Virus record (IMG/VR): IMGVR_UViG_3300046330_000118
Coordinates: 1 to 52,129 of that record
From: a virus
Lineage: Duplodnaviria; Caudoviricetes
DNA length: 52,129 nt
Strand: one strand, 5' to 3'
This document shows positions 33,395 through 44,461 of this stretch, piece after piece. The notes beneath the pieces were generated by a model. It was not told the DNA's origin. It saw only the letters and a program-made list of their open reading frames with translations, and did no database searches. Each line of letters starts with the position of its first letter. Within the stretch, counting starts at the first letter, position 1. Made by a program: the position numbers and the translations under genes.

Positions 33395-36300
33395 TTGGCT
33401 AATAACGACGGTCTAAGTCAGAATATTGAATTAAATGTCTCCGTTAATCAGCAGAGCATTAAGAAGGCCCAGGATGCCGTAGACTCCATTGGCAACAATG
33501 CCGATGTGCGAGTCAACCTAGTAGCGGATACCGCAGACTTCATGGCCGAGCTCCGCAAGGAGCTTGGTTTTGGAGCAACTGCAAAGATTCGCGTCGGTGG
33601 ATACTCGACTGGCGAATCTGCAGACCGCACAGTTCGTAACAAAGCCGCATCTAAGATTGAGCAGATGGGCGGAGACTGGTCTGGAATTGACATTGCGGAC
33701 AAGGCCGAAGTTGCCATTGCTAAGAACATTAATGAAGCTGCCAAGGAGCTTGCTACCCGTATTGGCATACGCTTTGTAGACCAGTATGCTGCAACTATTG
33801 GCGAGGCAGACTTTGCCCTTCCGGACACAACTGGGCCAAAGGAGCAAATCCAAAAGCTTGTTGAAGACTTTATCGTTGATGCTGCTGGTGGTGTAACTAT
33901 CAGCCCAGCAATGCTTCTAGCCGCAGCTGAGCGCGTATACCAAAACAACAAGAACCTATCGATCCCTGGCGGACCTAAGCCGCTAATGACTGGATCAATT
34001 AAGCCATCTGCCGCACTGCCAGAGGGTGCAAAGTTTGACGCTGAAGTAACTAGAAACTTCGAGAAGTTCCTAGAGTCTGCAATTGGACAGAACCCACAGG
34101 CTGCAGAAGCAGTAAACGACATGCTTTACAAGAAGCTGAAGGTCGTTCTATCCAAGGTTGTCGAGGCTGGTCAAAAGGCTCGCGAAGACACCTTTAAGAA
34201 TGCTGGAGTATCTGAGGGTGACGACGCTGCCGAAGGTCTTGTGCGCTATGCAGACAACGCCGCTCGTGCAGCAATTGCACTTCAGGAAATGCTTAATGGG
34301 CTTCAGCAGGGAACTACTGCAGCCTTTGCTCGTGGAGTCGTGCCTGAGCAGTTCCGCTCACGCCCAGAAGCGCTTTCCGACCCGGCTAACCTTGCAAACG
34401 TCCTAGTTGGCGAGTACCAGGACCTTGTAACTGGCCAGCTAATGTCATCGCTGCCAGACCCTAAAAAGGTTGCAGACCCAATTGCACAGGTTCTACTTAA
34501 CCCGTATATCCTAGGCGATCGCTTTGTAACTGGCTACGAGAAGCAGGTTCAGACTGCAATCAAGAACTACGGCAAGAACACTCGTGCCGAAGTTCCAGCA
34601 GTAAAGGCTGCAGTTGAGGCACCTAAGCGCAATGAGCCAGCCCAAATTGCAGCAAGCATTGCACCAGGAATAGAAAAGTATCGCCCATTAATCGGTGACG
34701 CTATTGTTGACCAGGTTGTAAAGATTATCGCAGAAGCTGGTGGCGATGTAAGTAAGATCACCGCTGCTTTTGATACAGAGTTTATCCAGAACAACACTAC
34801 GCCAATTTACGAGGCTGGCGTTACAATCAAGAACTCCCTAGGTGAGTTCGTCGACCTAATAAAGATGATTCACCTTCCGCAGGGTACTCCGGAAGATGTC
34901 AACAGTGCTCTGAAACAGGCTGGAGCCGGAGCCAAGACTATTGAGGACATCAAGAAGCGTGGAGCCGCTCTTGGTATCTCTGAAGCTGAGATGAGCTACG
35001 GCCGCGCTCAGGCAAAGCCTGGCGACATCATGGACACCGAAGTCTATGCGGCTAAAATCGATAATATTAATATACTCCTCAAGATGCTTGACGAGTTGGG
35101 TGTTCAAATTGCTGGAAGCAACATTGTCGGCGCAGACTTCCGCATGCTTGCAGTTTCTGTCGAGAACGTCAACAAAATCCTAAGCGGACTTAACACTTGG
35201 CCAGAACTCAAGGCTCCAATTCTTGACAACGTTGTTGACTTCAAAAAGATTGTCGAGCAACTACAAGCTCTTCAGAAGTCTGGAAACCTCAGCGCCGAGC
35301 TTGCTCCGTTTATCCAGGGCCAGCTAAAAGACGGCGTAGTAAAGGGCGCAAATGGCCTTGGTGCACTTCTTGCTAAAGCAATTGACATGCAGCCGGAGCT
35401 TGCAAAGCAGTACGGTGTGCAGAAGCAAGGCAATGGCTTCTCTATTGATGGCATGCCGGCCCACATGGCAATTGCAGACAACCGCGCTGCACTAATTGTT
35501 CTAGACTTCCTAAAGCAGTTTGCGCAGTCGGCTGAAATGATTAGCAAGGGCACTGCCCTACTTGGACCAGCCTACGGCAATGGAACCGCTGGCCCATACT
35601 CAAACAAGACTCGTGAAGCAAATCCATCAGCATTTGGCGGCGGAGTAGCTATCGACCCAGCCGACAGGGCCGCAGCTGCCGTTACCCTTGTGCAGGAGAC
35701 TAACGCACAAGAAGAAAACAACAAGGCCGTAAAGACTGGAATTGATCTTGCCAATAAGCGCCTTTCTGACGATGAGAGCTACAAGAAGCTTCTAGGTCAG
35801 CTAACCGATGCCCGCAAGGCATATCAGATTGTAAACTCCGCAGTAGACAACAACGGAGTCATTCAGCCTGCTGATAAGGCAATTCTTGAGGCTTACATTG
35901 TTAAGCTAGACGAGCTTGGTAAAGAGTCGGAGCAGGCAGCAACTGCTGCAGCTTCGCTTCGAGCCGCAATTGCAGACCCGTCAAAGGGTACGGCTTTCCG
36001 CGCTCGCCGGGATGTTAAAGCAGTTGGCGAAGACACTTCACTTCAGATGTCTCAGAAAGCTTACGAGGCAGAGAACGCCGTTGCTGAAATTGCAGCGAAG
36101 CGCAAGGAGCAGAGGGCTCGCAACTACGAGAACACTGCAACTCAGGTTGAGCGCAACGTAACCGGCGCTTCAAACGAGGCTACTCAGGCACAAAAAGCAA
36201 ACACAGCAACTAGAGTTATCTCTATTGAGCAAGAAGAGAAGGCTCGCAAGGACGCAAGCGAGACAATCAAGCGCATCTACAAGGACCAGGTTGCTGCCGA

Positions 36301-39300
36301 GAAGGATGTTCAGGCTGCAACTAAAGCGTCGATCAACCAGTGGGTCACTGGCCGCTATGCGCTATACGACGTTGGTAACGCATACCAGAACGTAAGCACT
36401 CAGCTATTCCGAGTTGCACGTCGCATCTTTGACATTACCAAGTCCTACCGAGACTACGAAACTGCCTTCACTTCCGTTGAACGTGCCATGCAGCTTGACT
36501 TCAGCGACCCAGCAGGTGGCGCTAAGGAGCTAAAGGATCAGTTCATTGCGCTTTCTGAGGTTATCCCAGTAGCATTTGAGGAACTATCTCGCATTGCAAC
36601 CCTTGGTGCCCAGATGGGTATTGGCGCTCAGGGTATTGTTAAGTTCACCGAAACAGTGGCACAGTTCTCTGCGGTTACTGGAATCGCTGCCGACACAGTT
36701 GCTCAGAAGTTTGGTAAGATTGCCGAACTTACAAACCTACCAAGCGACCAGTTTGACAAGCTTGGCTCAGCAGTAACATTTGCTGGCGTTAATGCCGTTG
36801 CTACAGAATCAGAGATTCTGACACTCTCAGAGAGCATTGCTGCGGTTTCAAACCAGGCCGGCATGACTACTCCAGATGTTGTCGGTCTTGGAACTGCTCT
36901 GTCCTCTGTGGGTATTCCGGCAGAACAGGCTCGTGGTGTTTTCACTCGCGTATTTGCAGACATTGACCGCGCGGTCGCTACTGGCGGTAAGTCTCTTGAG
37001 GCTTTCGCTAGCACAGCTGGCATGTCAGGCGAGGACTTCTCTGCGGCTTGGGGTCAGGATGGCAAGTCGTATGACGTATTCCGAGCAATGCTTGGCGGAA
37101 TCAACTCCGCAGCCGACCTAACCAAGGCTTTTGACAAGCTTGGCATTACTGAGACCCGAGAGGTTAACACTCTTACTCGTCTAGCAAACAACTTGAACGT
37201 TGTTGACGGTGCCATGACTGACGCTGCTGCCTCATTTGGCGATGGTCAGTTTTTGCTTGACTCGTTCGCTAAGACAACAGATAACCTGGACTCAAAGATT
37301 GCTGTATTCCAGAACAACTTAAAGTCACTTGGCGAGTCTCTCGGCCAGGTGTTTGGCGGAACCCTAAAAGATGCGCTAGATGTAGGGTCTAAGGTTCTTG
37401 AGTTCATGAAGGGCATGTCAGAAAGCCCACTGCTACGCTCGCTATCACTACTTTCCGCTGGAACAGTAGTCTTCGTTGGCGCTATGGCCGGTGCGGGCGC
37501 TGTGCTTGCTAAGGTTACAGCACAGATCTACGCTTTCCGCGTCGCTGCAATTAACTCTGCAAACAACACTGGCGAAATTGACAACTCGATTAAGAAAATT
37601 AAGCAGCTAACCAATGTCGGTGGCGGCCTAATCGAGATGCGAGACAAGCTACTGGCCGGCAACGCCGATGTTCGTGGCGAGATTGTTCCAAAGAACTACA
37701 GCCTGATGGCTTTTGCTCGTGGAGAAAAGGCTAAGCAAGCTTACCTACTTAAGACTGAAAACATATTCCTGGCATCAAACCGCGAACAGGCAGACTCCCT
37801 TCAGCGATTGATTATGCTTCGTCAGCACGATATCGAGGGCATCATGACCTCGAGCGCAGCCACCGGAGTCGAGGCTGCTGCAAAGCGAGCCGCTCTGGCA
37901 ACAGAGGCGCTCTATGTTGAGGTTATCGGCAATGAGGTCACAGCTCTTAACGCTAATCAGCTTGCAGAGCTAAAGGCCGCAGCAGCTGCCGAGGTTGCTG
38001 CTGGCGTAAAGAACGGCGAGGCTACTGCTCGACTAAGAAATGTTCAGGCAATTACTGCCGAGACAAGAGCGGCAACTGGCGCTGGACTAGCAGCCGGTGG
38101 AGCTATGACAACCTTCATGGGCTTCCTTGGCGCTGCGGGCATTGCAGCAACTGTGCTCACCACAGTAATCGGTGTTGTTCAAGGCATCACAATGGCAGCC
38201 GAAGAAGCGAAGAAGATCGACCTTGCGGGCTCCGGACTTGGCATTGAGGCTCTAAGAGAGACTATCAAGGAAGACACTCAGGTTTGGAAGGATAGCGGCG
38301 AGGCAATCGCTGTTCAGTCTTCAAAGTTTGTGGAGACTGAGGCAACTGCAAACAAGTACGCTCAGGCAATTTCTGGCCTAAGCACTGAACTTGACAAGGC
38401 CTACGGCTCTCAGCAGCAGCTTGTTGATGTCACCAAGGAGCAGTCTGTTGCCTTTGGCCAGGCGACCAAAGAGCTTATCCTTAACGCAATTCTTGCCAAT
38501 GACAAAATTCAAGAGCTCGTAGACAAAAATGCAAACATGTTCAACGACCTTGCCGGTATGGGCTTTAACGCCAGCGACATGGTTGACGCAATCATGGGTG
38601 ATCCTGAGAAGGCTCAGGAGTACCTCGATGGTATTGCAAAGGGCGTTGAAGAGCTTGACAAAAAGATTAGAATCGCAAAGTGGGAAGCAACCGAATACGT
38701 AGCCCTTGATAATGGCGCTGAGATTAGGGCGCTTCAGCAAAGCAAGAAGGAGCTAGAGGCGCTTGGTACGGTTGGCGCTGAAGCAATGGCGCAGATTGAA
38801 AACGCTATTAATCTAAGCAAAATTGCTGATGTGATGAAGGGTTACAGCCAGTCGTTCCTTGGGCTAGAAGCTAAGATGAAGTCCGCCATTAAGACAGGCA
38901 AGGGCATGGCTTCGGTAATGAAGCTCATCAAGGCCGCGTCTTATGACCTTATTAAGAACAGCGACATTAAGGTAAACTTTGACGGGGCAAAGTCTGTCAA
39001 GGAAATGCTTAAGGTTACAGAGGCTGCAAAGCAGACTGCTCTTGCGCTTCTTAATCTAAGACTTGCTGCCTCTAATGCAAGCCCTACTGCGGCAGGCGCT
39101 GCGCAGGCTGCGCTAGCCGCCCAGTTTGAGCCTCTAGAAAGAAACCTAAAGGCCCTTGCGAACTCGAGCACAACCTCTGCTGACACAGTTGGTGGGGCTG
39201 CAGAGTCGGCTGCTGACAAGCTTAAGCGCTTGCTGGGCGCAGCAAACTCCGCAGTTTCAGCAGCTATGAACCTAAACAGCGCACTTCGATCGCTCGGAAC

Positions 39301-40816
39301 TGCACTAAAGGGTTCTACCGACTGGAGCCTGGGCACAGAAGGCGCTCAGGAGAAGTTCAACGCAATCCTTGCGGTAATCAACCAGATTGGCGAGAATGCT
39401 GGCAGCAACTTCCCTAAGGCTATTCGTGAGCTTCAGGCTTTCCAGATTGTGCTCAAAGACATGGGGGCTCCGCAGACTGCGCTGAACCTTGTCGGCAACG
39501 CAATCAAGGCTATCGGCGGAGATGCCACCCTTACCGCAAAGCAGGTTAATACTCTCAAAAAGGCATTCCCTTCTCTGTTTGCAAACATGGAGAAGCAGCT
39601 GACTGGCGCAGCATCAAAGGCTATCAAGACTCTATCTGAGTATGCAAGCGACCTGAAGAGCGTCCTAGCCTCTGCGTTTGAGTATCGCTACTCGAAGCAG
39701 ATGGGCCTTGACGACATTGCCAATGCGTGGCAGGGCATTAAGGACTCTGCAGAGTCAGCACAGCAGGCAATGGACGATGCGAACAAGACCATCATGGGCT
39801 TGAACGCAGACAAGAACCTGCTTGAATACCAGCTTAAGATTGCAGTCAAGTACAAGGACATTGAGCGTCAGAAGTTCCTGACAAACAAGCTTGCTGAGAC
39901 AAACGCTAGCCTTGCTGAGGAAAGCAAGAAGATTGCCGAAGCAAACGCAACCAAGGACAAGTCTCTCAAGAACAACACCAAGTCGTCAATCGAGAACCGT
40001 AACCAGGTTCGCGGACTTGTGCAGACTTACACCAACTACCTGACCACACTTGCAGCTACTGGCACATCGGCAGACGGCTTAAAGGCCGAGGCTAAGAAGC
40101 TTGCTGCCGAGTTCCTGACTCAGGGCGTAAACCTTGGCTTTGCAAAGAGCGAGCTACAGGATTACACCAAGGCATTCGAAGGCGACTTTACAACCGTTCT
40201 TGGTGGACTACCTAGCGAGATCACCCTTGCTGTAAACGCCGACCCTGCACTTCGCGCAATCGAAGAGTTCGTCAAAAAGGCTAACGCCGAACTTGGCAAC
40301 GTTGCAATTGTTGGTGGCACTTCGAACTCAACAGTTGTAAAGCCTGACGCACAGTCGATTGCACTCTACAAAGAGAACAAGGAGCTGCTGTCAGACCCGT
40401 ACGCAACTAGCCGTATGAAGAACGATGCTAAGGAAAGCATTAAGTTCTTTGAGAAGTCGTTTGGCAATGGCTACAAGAATGGCGGCCTAATCACTGGCGC
40501 TGGAACCGGAACCTCAGACTCAATCCCAGCCCGCCTCTCTAACGGCGAGTTCGTGATGAGTGCAGGCTCTGTATCTCGCTACGGAGTTGACTTCCTCAAC
40601 GCTCTAAACCAGCAGCGTGTTGGCTTCTCTCCGGTTCAGTCACAGGCTCAATCCCAGCAGTCGCAAGGCTCTCAGATGGTATACTTGAGTCCTGAGGACC
40701 GTCAGCTACTTCGTGCAGCTATCGACCGTCCAGTCGCTCTATACACAGAGAACACTAAGATTGCAGCATCAGCCAACGCAGGTAACCTGCTCTTGGCTCA
40801 GAGAGGTAGTAACTAA
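33395..40816 (+). CDS. Tape measure protein (2473 aa) with an embedded DEDDh exonuclease-like domain
   Basis: TP901-like core (YETAFTSV...ELSRIATLGAQMGI...ATESEI); C-terminal GGLITGAGTGTSDSIPARLSNGEFV; FDTE/GSNIVGAD/AHMAIAD motifs at aa about 460-695. Confidence 0.92.
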   Translation: MANNDGLSQNIELNVSVNQQSIKKAQDAVDSIGNNADVRVNLVADTADFMAELRKELGFGATAKIRVGGYSTGESADRTVRNKAASKIEQMGGDWSGIDIADKAEVAIAKNINEAAKELATRIGIRFVDQYAATIGEADFALPDTTGPKEQIQKLVEDFIVDAAGGVTISPAMLLAAAERVYQNNKNLSIPGGPKPLMTGSIKPSAALPEGAKFDAEVTRNFEKFLESAIGQNPQAAEAVNDMLYKKLKVVLSKVVEAGQKAREDTFKNAGVSEGDDAAEGLVRYADNAARAAIALQEMLNGLQQGTTAAFARGVVPEQFRSRPEALSDPANLANVLVGEYQDLVTGQLMSSLPDPKKVADPIAQVLLNPYILGDRFVTGYEKQVQTAIKNYGKNTRAEVPAVKAAVEAPKRNEPAQIAASIAPGIEKYRPLIGDAIVDQVVKIIAEAGGDVSKITAAFDTEFIQNNTTPIYEAGVTIKNSLGEFVDLIKMIHLPQGTPEDVNSALKQAGAGAKTIEDIKKRGAALGISEAEMSYGRAQAKPGDIMDTEVYAAKIDNINILLKMLDELGVQIAGSNIVGADFRMLAVSVENVNKILSGLNTWPELKAPILDNVVDFKKIVEQLQALQKSGNLSAELAPFIQGQLKDGVVKGANGLGALLAKAIDMQPELAKQYGVQKQGNGFSIDGMPAHMAIADNRAALIVLDFLKQFAQSAEMISKGTALLGPAYGNGTAGPYSNKTREANPSAFGGGVAIDPADRAAAAVTLVQETNAQEENNKAVKTGIDLANKRLSDDESYKKLLGQLTDARKAYQIVNSAVDNNGVIQPADKAILEAYIVKLDELGKESEQAATAAASLRAAIADPSKGTAFRARRDVKAVGEDTSLQMSQKAYEAENAVAEIAAKRKEQRARNYENTATQVERNVTGASNEATQAQKANTATRVISIEQEEKARKDASETIKRIYKDQVAAEKDVQAATKASINQWVTGRYALYDVGNAYQNVSTQLFRVARRIFDITKSYRDYETAFTSVERAMQLDFSDPAGGAKELKDQFIALSEVIPVAFEELSRIATLGAQMGIGAQGIVKFTETVAQFSAVTGIAADTVAQKFGKIAELTNLPSDQFDKLGSAVTFAGVNAVATESEILTLSESIAAVSNQAGMTTPDVVGLGTALSSVGIPAEQARGVFTRVFADIDRAVATGGKSLEAFASTAGMSGEDFSAAWGQDGKSYDVFRAMLGGINSAADLTKAFDKLGITETREVNTLTRLANNLNVVDGAMTDAAASFGDGQFLLDSFAKTTDNLDSKIAVFQNNLKSLGESLGQVFGGTLKDALDVGSKVLEFMKGMSESPLLRSLSLLSAGTVVFVGAMAGAGAVLAKVTAQIYAFRVAAINSANNTGEIDNSIKKIKQLTNVGGGLIEMRDKLLAGNADVRGEIVPKNYSLMAFARGEKAKQAYLLKTENIFLASNREQADSLQRLIMLRQHDIEGIMTSSAATGVEAAAKRAALATEALYVEVIGNEVTALNANQLAELKAAAAAEVAAGVKNGEATARLRNVQAITAETRAATGAGLAAGGAMTTFMGFLGAAGIAATVLTTVIGVVQGITMAAEEAKKIDLAGSGLGIEALRETIKEDTQVWKDSGEAIAVQSSKFVETEATANKYAQAISGLSTELDKAYGSQQQLVDVTKEQSVAFGQATKELILNAILANDKIQELVDKNANMFNDLAGMGFNASDMVDAIMGDPEKAQEYLDGIAKGVEELDKKIRIAKWEATEYVALDNGAEIRALQQSKKELEALGTVGAEAMAQIENAINLSKIADVMKGYSQSFLGLEAKMKSAIKTGKGMASVMKLIKAASYDLIKNSDIKVNFDGAKSVKEMLKVTEAAKQTALALLNLRLAASNASPTAAGAAQAALAAQFEPLERNLKALANSSTTSADTVGGAAESAADKLKRLLGAANSAVSAAMNLNSALRSLGTALKGSTDWSLGTEGAQEKFNAILAVINQIGENAGSNFPKAIRELQAFQIVLKDMGAPQTALNLVGNAIKAIGGDATLTAKQVNTLKKAFPSLFANMEKQLTGAASKAIKTLSEYASDLKSVLASAFEYRYSKQMGLDDIANAWQGIKDSAESAQQAMDDANKTIMGLNADKNLLEYQLKIAVKYKDIERQKFLTNKLAETNASLAEESKKIAEANATKDKSLKNNTKSSIENRNQVRGLVQTYTNYLTTLAATGTSADGLKAEAKKLAAEFLTQGVNLGFAKSELQDYTKAFEGDFTTVLGGLPSEITLAVNADPALRAIEEFVKKANAELGNVAIVGGTSNSTVVKPDAQSIALYKENKELLSDPYATSRMKNDAKESIKFFEKSFGNGYKNGGLITGAGTGTSDSIPARLSNGEFVMSAGSVSRYGVDFLNALNQQRVGFSPVQSQAQSQQSQGSQMVYLSPEDRQLLRAAIDRPVALYTENTKIAASANAGNLLLAQRGSN

Positions 40817-41682
40817 TGGCGGGCCTGATTTACTTTGGAACTGCAACTAAGCAGTCGTGGATTAAGGCCCCGCTATCGGGCATGAAAGCTGACTCGGTTG
40901 GTTGGGCTGCTGAATCTCAGCTGCTCAACGGCCGGGCGTTCGTGAAGCGCTCTAAGGGCTCACACCGCCGTTTTGATGCGTCTTGGGTTGGCTCATATAA
41001 CTCAGCCGAGGAAGAGTCGCTACAGCACATAATCAACTACGCCGACGGCCTTTACGGCGACGGACCATACTACTTCGTTGACCCGTTTGCCAGCAACCAG
41101 AACCTAATGCCACAGCACTGGGCCGCTCCAATGTTGGCAGAGCTTGGCTGGCCTGGTCTGACTAAGCAGCTTTCTGCCGTCTACACTTCGGCAACTGTTG
41201 CTAATAACTACCCGTCTAAGTATGTAGAGTTCGAGACAACCAACAACTTCGCAAGCGACCGCAAGGTTACCCTTATCATTCCGGCAGGGCACAAGCTTCA
41301 CTTCGGCTGGCATGGTCCATCTGCTGGTGCAACTTCCGGCATTCGCATTCAGCCTTACAAGCGTTCTGACGGAACTGCAGACACCGCAGTAAACCCGACC
41401 AAGATTGTCGCTGGCGGCACTGTGCGAACAAACACTCAGATTAACGGAACTACCCACTCTCGGGTTGAGATCTTCCTTGCCACCACATCTGCCGCAACTG
41501 TGCAGATTACTGCAATGATTGCTCAGATTCTTCCAGACACTCTTTCTGTTCCGTCTGGTGGATTCATTGCTGGCAAGGGAACTACTGGACTTGAGTTTGC
41601 ACAGAAGCCGACGATTGAGTATATGTCGTCAGCGATCAACACCGGACAGATTGGCATGGCTGCTACCTGGGTAGAGGTTTAA
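40816..41682 (+). CDS. Minor tail protein (distal-tail position)
   Basis: First gene after TMP; YGDGPYYFVDP. Confidence 0.75.
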   Translation: MAGLIYFGTATKQSWIKAPLSGMKADSVGWAAESQLLNGRAFVKRSKGSHRRFDASWVGSYNSAEEESLQHIINYADGLYGDGPYYFVDPFASNQNLMPQHWAAPMLAELGWPGLTKQLSAVYTSATVANNYPSKYVEFETTNNFASDRKVTLIIPAGHKLHFGWHGPSAGATSGIRIQPYKRSDGTADTAVNPTKIVAGGTVRTNTQINGTTHSRVEIFLATTSAATVQITAMIAQILPDTLSVPSGGFIAGKGTTGLEFAQKPTIEYMSSAINTGQIGMAATWVEV

Positions 41683-41683
41683 T

Positions 41684-43303
41684 ATGGGCGTAGACATTAT
41701 TAACGGCTCTGGCAACGGAGGCGTGTTTGAAGACACAATCATGGGTTGGTCTTACTCTGAGGAAGTTACCTCACTAGAGCCAGGCAACGTCAAGGGCGCA
41801 ACCGGTCAGGTGTCGTTTAGGGCTGGAGAGCTCACCGCGGACAAGGTAGGCAACACACACCCTAACAGCAAGCTGATGATTAATAACGCTATCAGCCTAC
41901 GCGACGACGACTATGGCATCGTGGATGTAAAGGTTAACAGCATCTCTACCAACGCCGGCATTGTCAGCGTAACTGGAGACACGCTCCAGTGGAGACTAAA
42001 TACCACAAAGACTGCAATGCCTGTGCCGAACGTGAATCAAACCGACGTGACCCAGAGCGTTCCGGCTAACCTGCTAGGTGCTATCAATTACTACTGTGGA
42101 CTCGTTGGAATCGTCCCCACAATTGACGAAGAGCTTTCTGACGAGCTTGAGGCTGTTACCGTAAACTTTATTGGATGGAAGGGCAACGTCTGGGAGCACT
42201 TAAAGATGCTCTGCGCAGCTTCTAGCTCAAGTGCAACAGTCAACTCGCCTTTTGAGATGTTTGTTGGCGAAGATGGCCTTGCTTTTCGAAAGGCTTTGAC
42301 GACCGCTTCGGATTTGGAAGAGTTTAAGTCTGACCACTCCGTAAACGTCTCTTCTGGAAACCCTGCCAAGCAGGTTGACATTTACCGCTACAAAACATCT
42401 TACGGTCAGAAGAACGTTTTTGAGCAAAGCAACTACGACGAGTCTGGTGAGAACCCAGGCAAGTTCCTTGCAAGCATTACCGACTCTATGCAGGTTGAGG
42501 CTGGCGAGACCGTTACCAAGCGAGTTAAGATTAATGCGACCCTTGAAACCGTCAATCAGCCTGTGTGCAAGAGCACAATCACTCGAGACTATCCAAACCC
42601 TTATGAGGGCACCACTGGCGAGTATGTCGTATTTGGCAACGACGGCTATGCAATTGAGCCTGGACAGTGGGATATGTATGGCGGCAATGTAAAGGTTGCC
42701 CTTACTGATGTTCCTGACGAGATTGAGATTACGGTAAAGGCTCCAGCTGTTGATAGCCTGGAAAAGGCCCTAGGTGGAACCGGGTATGCGCCTTACAGAA
42801 TCGGAGTTGAGTCCGTCGAGGGTGCAGACTATCCTGCATTCTGGATTACTGGCATTGGCGTTTTCTTTGAGAAGCGTAAGCACACAATCTTGACTGGCGC
42901 ACCCGAAGACTATGCACCGACCGACAGCTCGGCAACTATTGACAACCCTTTTATAATTGGGCTTGGTCAGGTCTACTCACGTGGCGTTGCGGCAGCTCAG
43001 GCGATCTGTGGGCCGGTTGTTACGGCTTCTTCTACTCTTGCTACTGCAAATGCTTTTGGCCAGACTATCGGTCGTACAGAGCTTATGAACAGCAACAAGT
43101 TTAGGATTGAATCTGCCTCTTACAGCGAAAGCTCTGTGTCGATTGAGGCTACCGCTTACGTCAGCGTTGCAGAGTTTAACGCTAAGTGGACTGGTAAAAC
43201 CTTTGCCAACTTTAAGAGCATCGCACTTGACCCAGAGGTTTATGCAGAAGAAGCTTTGCGCTTTAACGAGTTTACGGTAATCCCGCTAATGGAGGCTAAC
43301 TAA
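41684..43303 (+). CDS. Minor tail protein (baseplate hub position)
   Basis: Synteny; beta-rich 539 aa. Confidence 0.7.
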   Translation: MGVDIINGSGNGGVFEDTIMGWSYSEEVTSLEPGNVKGATGQVSFRAGELTADKVGNTHPNSKLMINNAISLRDDDYGIVDVKVNSISTNAGIVSVTGDTLQWRLNTTKTAMPVPNVNQTDVTQSVPANLLGAINYYCGLVGIVPTIDEELSDELEAVTVNFIGWKGNVWEHLKMLCAASSSSATVNSPFEMFVGEDGLAFRKALTTASDLEEFKSDHSVNVSSGNPAKQVDIYRYKTSYGQKNVFEQSNYDESGENPGKFLASITDSMQVEAGETVTKRVKINATLETVNQPVCKSTITRDYPNPYEGTTGEYVVFGNDGYAIEPGQWDMYGGNVKVALTDVPDEIEITVKAPAVDSLEKALGGTGYAPYRIGVESVEGADYPAFWITGIGVFFEKRKHTILTGAPEDYAPTDSSATIDNPFIIGLGQVYSRGVAAAQAICGPVVTASSTLATANAFGQTIGRTELMNSNKFRIESASYSESSVSIEATAYVSVAEFNAKWTGKTFANFKSIALDPEVYAEEALRFNEFTVIPLMEAN

Positions 43304-44451
43304 TGATTTACCCAAATAGCAATCTGCCTACGGTTTCACAGCCTTGGGGCCGTTCGGTTCAAAAGGGTCTTGAGACCCTTGAGGCTACTATTATTAGCAA
43401 TGAGGTTAATAATAAAGCTAGAGATATGCAATTGCAGAACTCTTACGTTCAGGTTAACAAGAGCGTTCAGGACATTAAGTTTGCCGTATCTCAAGCGGGC
43501 ATCGCGATTGGTGGCGTTAATGAAATTAAAACAAATATTTACGTTCCTGGCACAACCAAGATCAATGGAACAACTATCCAAACTGGAACACTTAGCGCAG
43601 ATACTATAAATGGCGGAACGATTAACTCAACCGTTGAGATTATTGGTGTAACAATTACTGGTGGAACGCTTAGAACTGCAGCCGTTGGCAATAGGCGTGT
43701 TGAGATTTCTGGCACATCGACTAAGTACCACGACGACGATGGCGTTTACACTGGAGAGATAAATGCATCTGGCTCGGCTGGGTCCTCAGTGATTACAATA
43801 TTGAATACAAAAAGCTCTACTAATTACACCTTTGCAAACTTTGGCAACGACTCTGCGTCAATCGGACTAAGAAGCGGAAACGTAATAACATCACGCATCT
43901 TATTCACTAATGGAGTTATAAACCTTAGCGCAACTGCGGGGGTAGAGTTGCCGTTTGTTACAACGACTGGGCTTTCAAATACTTCTGGTCAGGTTTCAAA
44001 CTCTGGAACAACTAACCTTATTGGCGCTGTATACTCCCAGGGCATCTACGATGCAACTACATCTCAGGTCTATAACGTTCACATTCAGGGGTCTGGAAAC
44101 AGCTACAGAATCTACCGAAGCACCGCAGCATCTTCTCGCACTTACAAGCGTGACATACGAGAACTGCAGTTTGACTCAGAAGCTTACATGTCGATCAAGC
44201 CAGTTGTCTTTAAGTATAATGAAGGCATCCTTCGCGAGGAGGAAAAGGACTGGGACATTATCGGTTTTATTGCAGAAGACTTTCAGGATGCAGGTTTTGG
44301 TGAGCAACTTGTTGTGCAGCCAGACGACGAAGGCGAGACAGTTCAGCTTCGCTACGACAAGATGTACATGTTCTTGCACAAGGTTGTGGCTGAGCAACGG
44401 GAGATTATAAAGTCTCTGTCTGATAGAATTGAAGTACTAGAATCCAACTAA
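43303..44451 (+). CDS. Tail spike/fibre with C-terminal intramolecular chaperone (Peptidase S74-like)
   Basis: SSRTYKRDI...IKPVVFKY...GFIAED...LRYD.....L...V.EQ...I..L..RIE.LE. Confidence 0.85.
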   Translation: MIYPNSNLPTVSQPWGRSVQKGLETLEATIISNEVNNKARDMQLQNSYVQVNKSVQDIKFAVSQAGIAIGGVNEIKTNIYVPGTTKINGTTIQTGTLSADTINGGTINSTVEIIGVTITGGTLRTAAVGNRRVEISGTSTKYHDDDGVYTGEINASGSAGSSVITILNTKSSTNYTFANFGNDSASIGLRSGNVITSRILFTNGVINLSATAGVELPFVTTTGLSNTSGQVSNSGTTNLIGAVYSQGIYDATTSQVYNVHIQGSGNSYRIYRSTAASSRTYKRDIRELQFDSEAYMSIKPVVFKYNEGILREEEKDWDIIGFIAEDFQDAGFGEQLVVQPDDEGETVQLRYDKMYMFLHKVVAEQREIIKSLSDRIEVLESN

Positions 44452-44461
44452 TGGAGCATAA

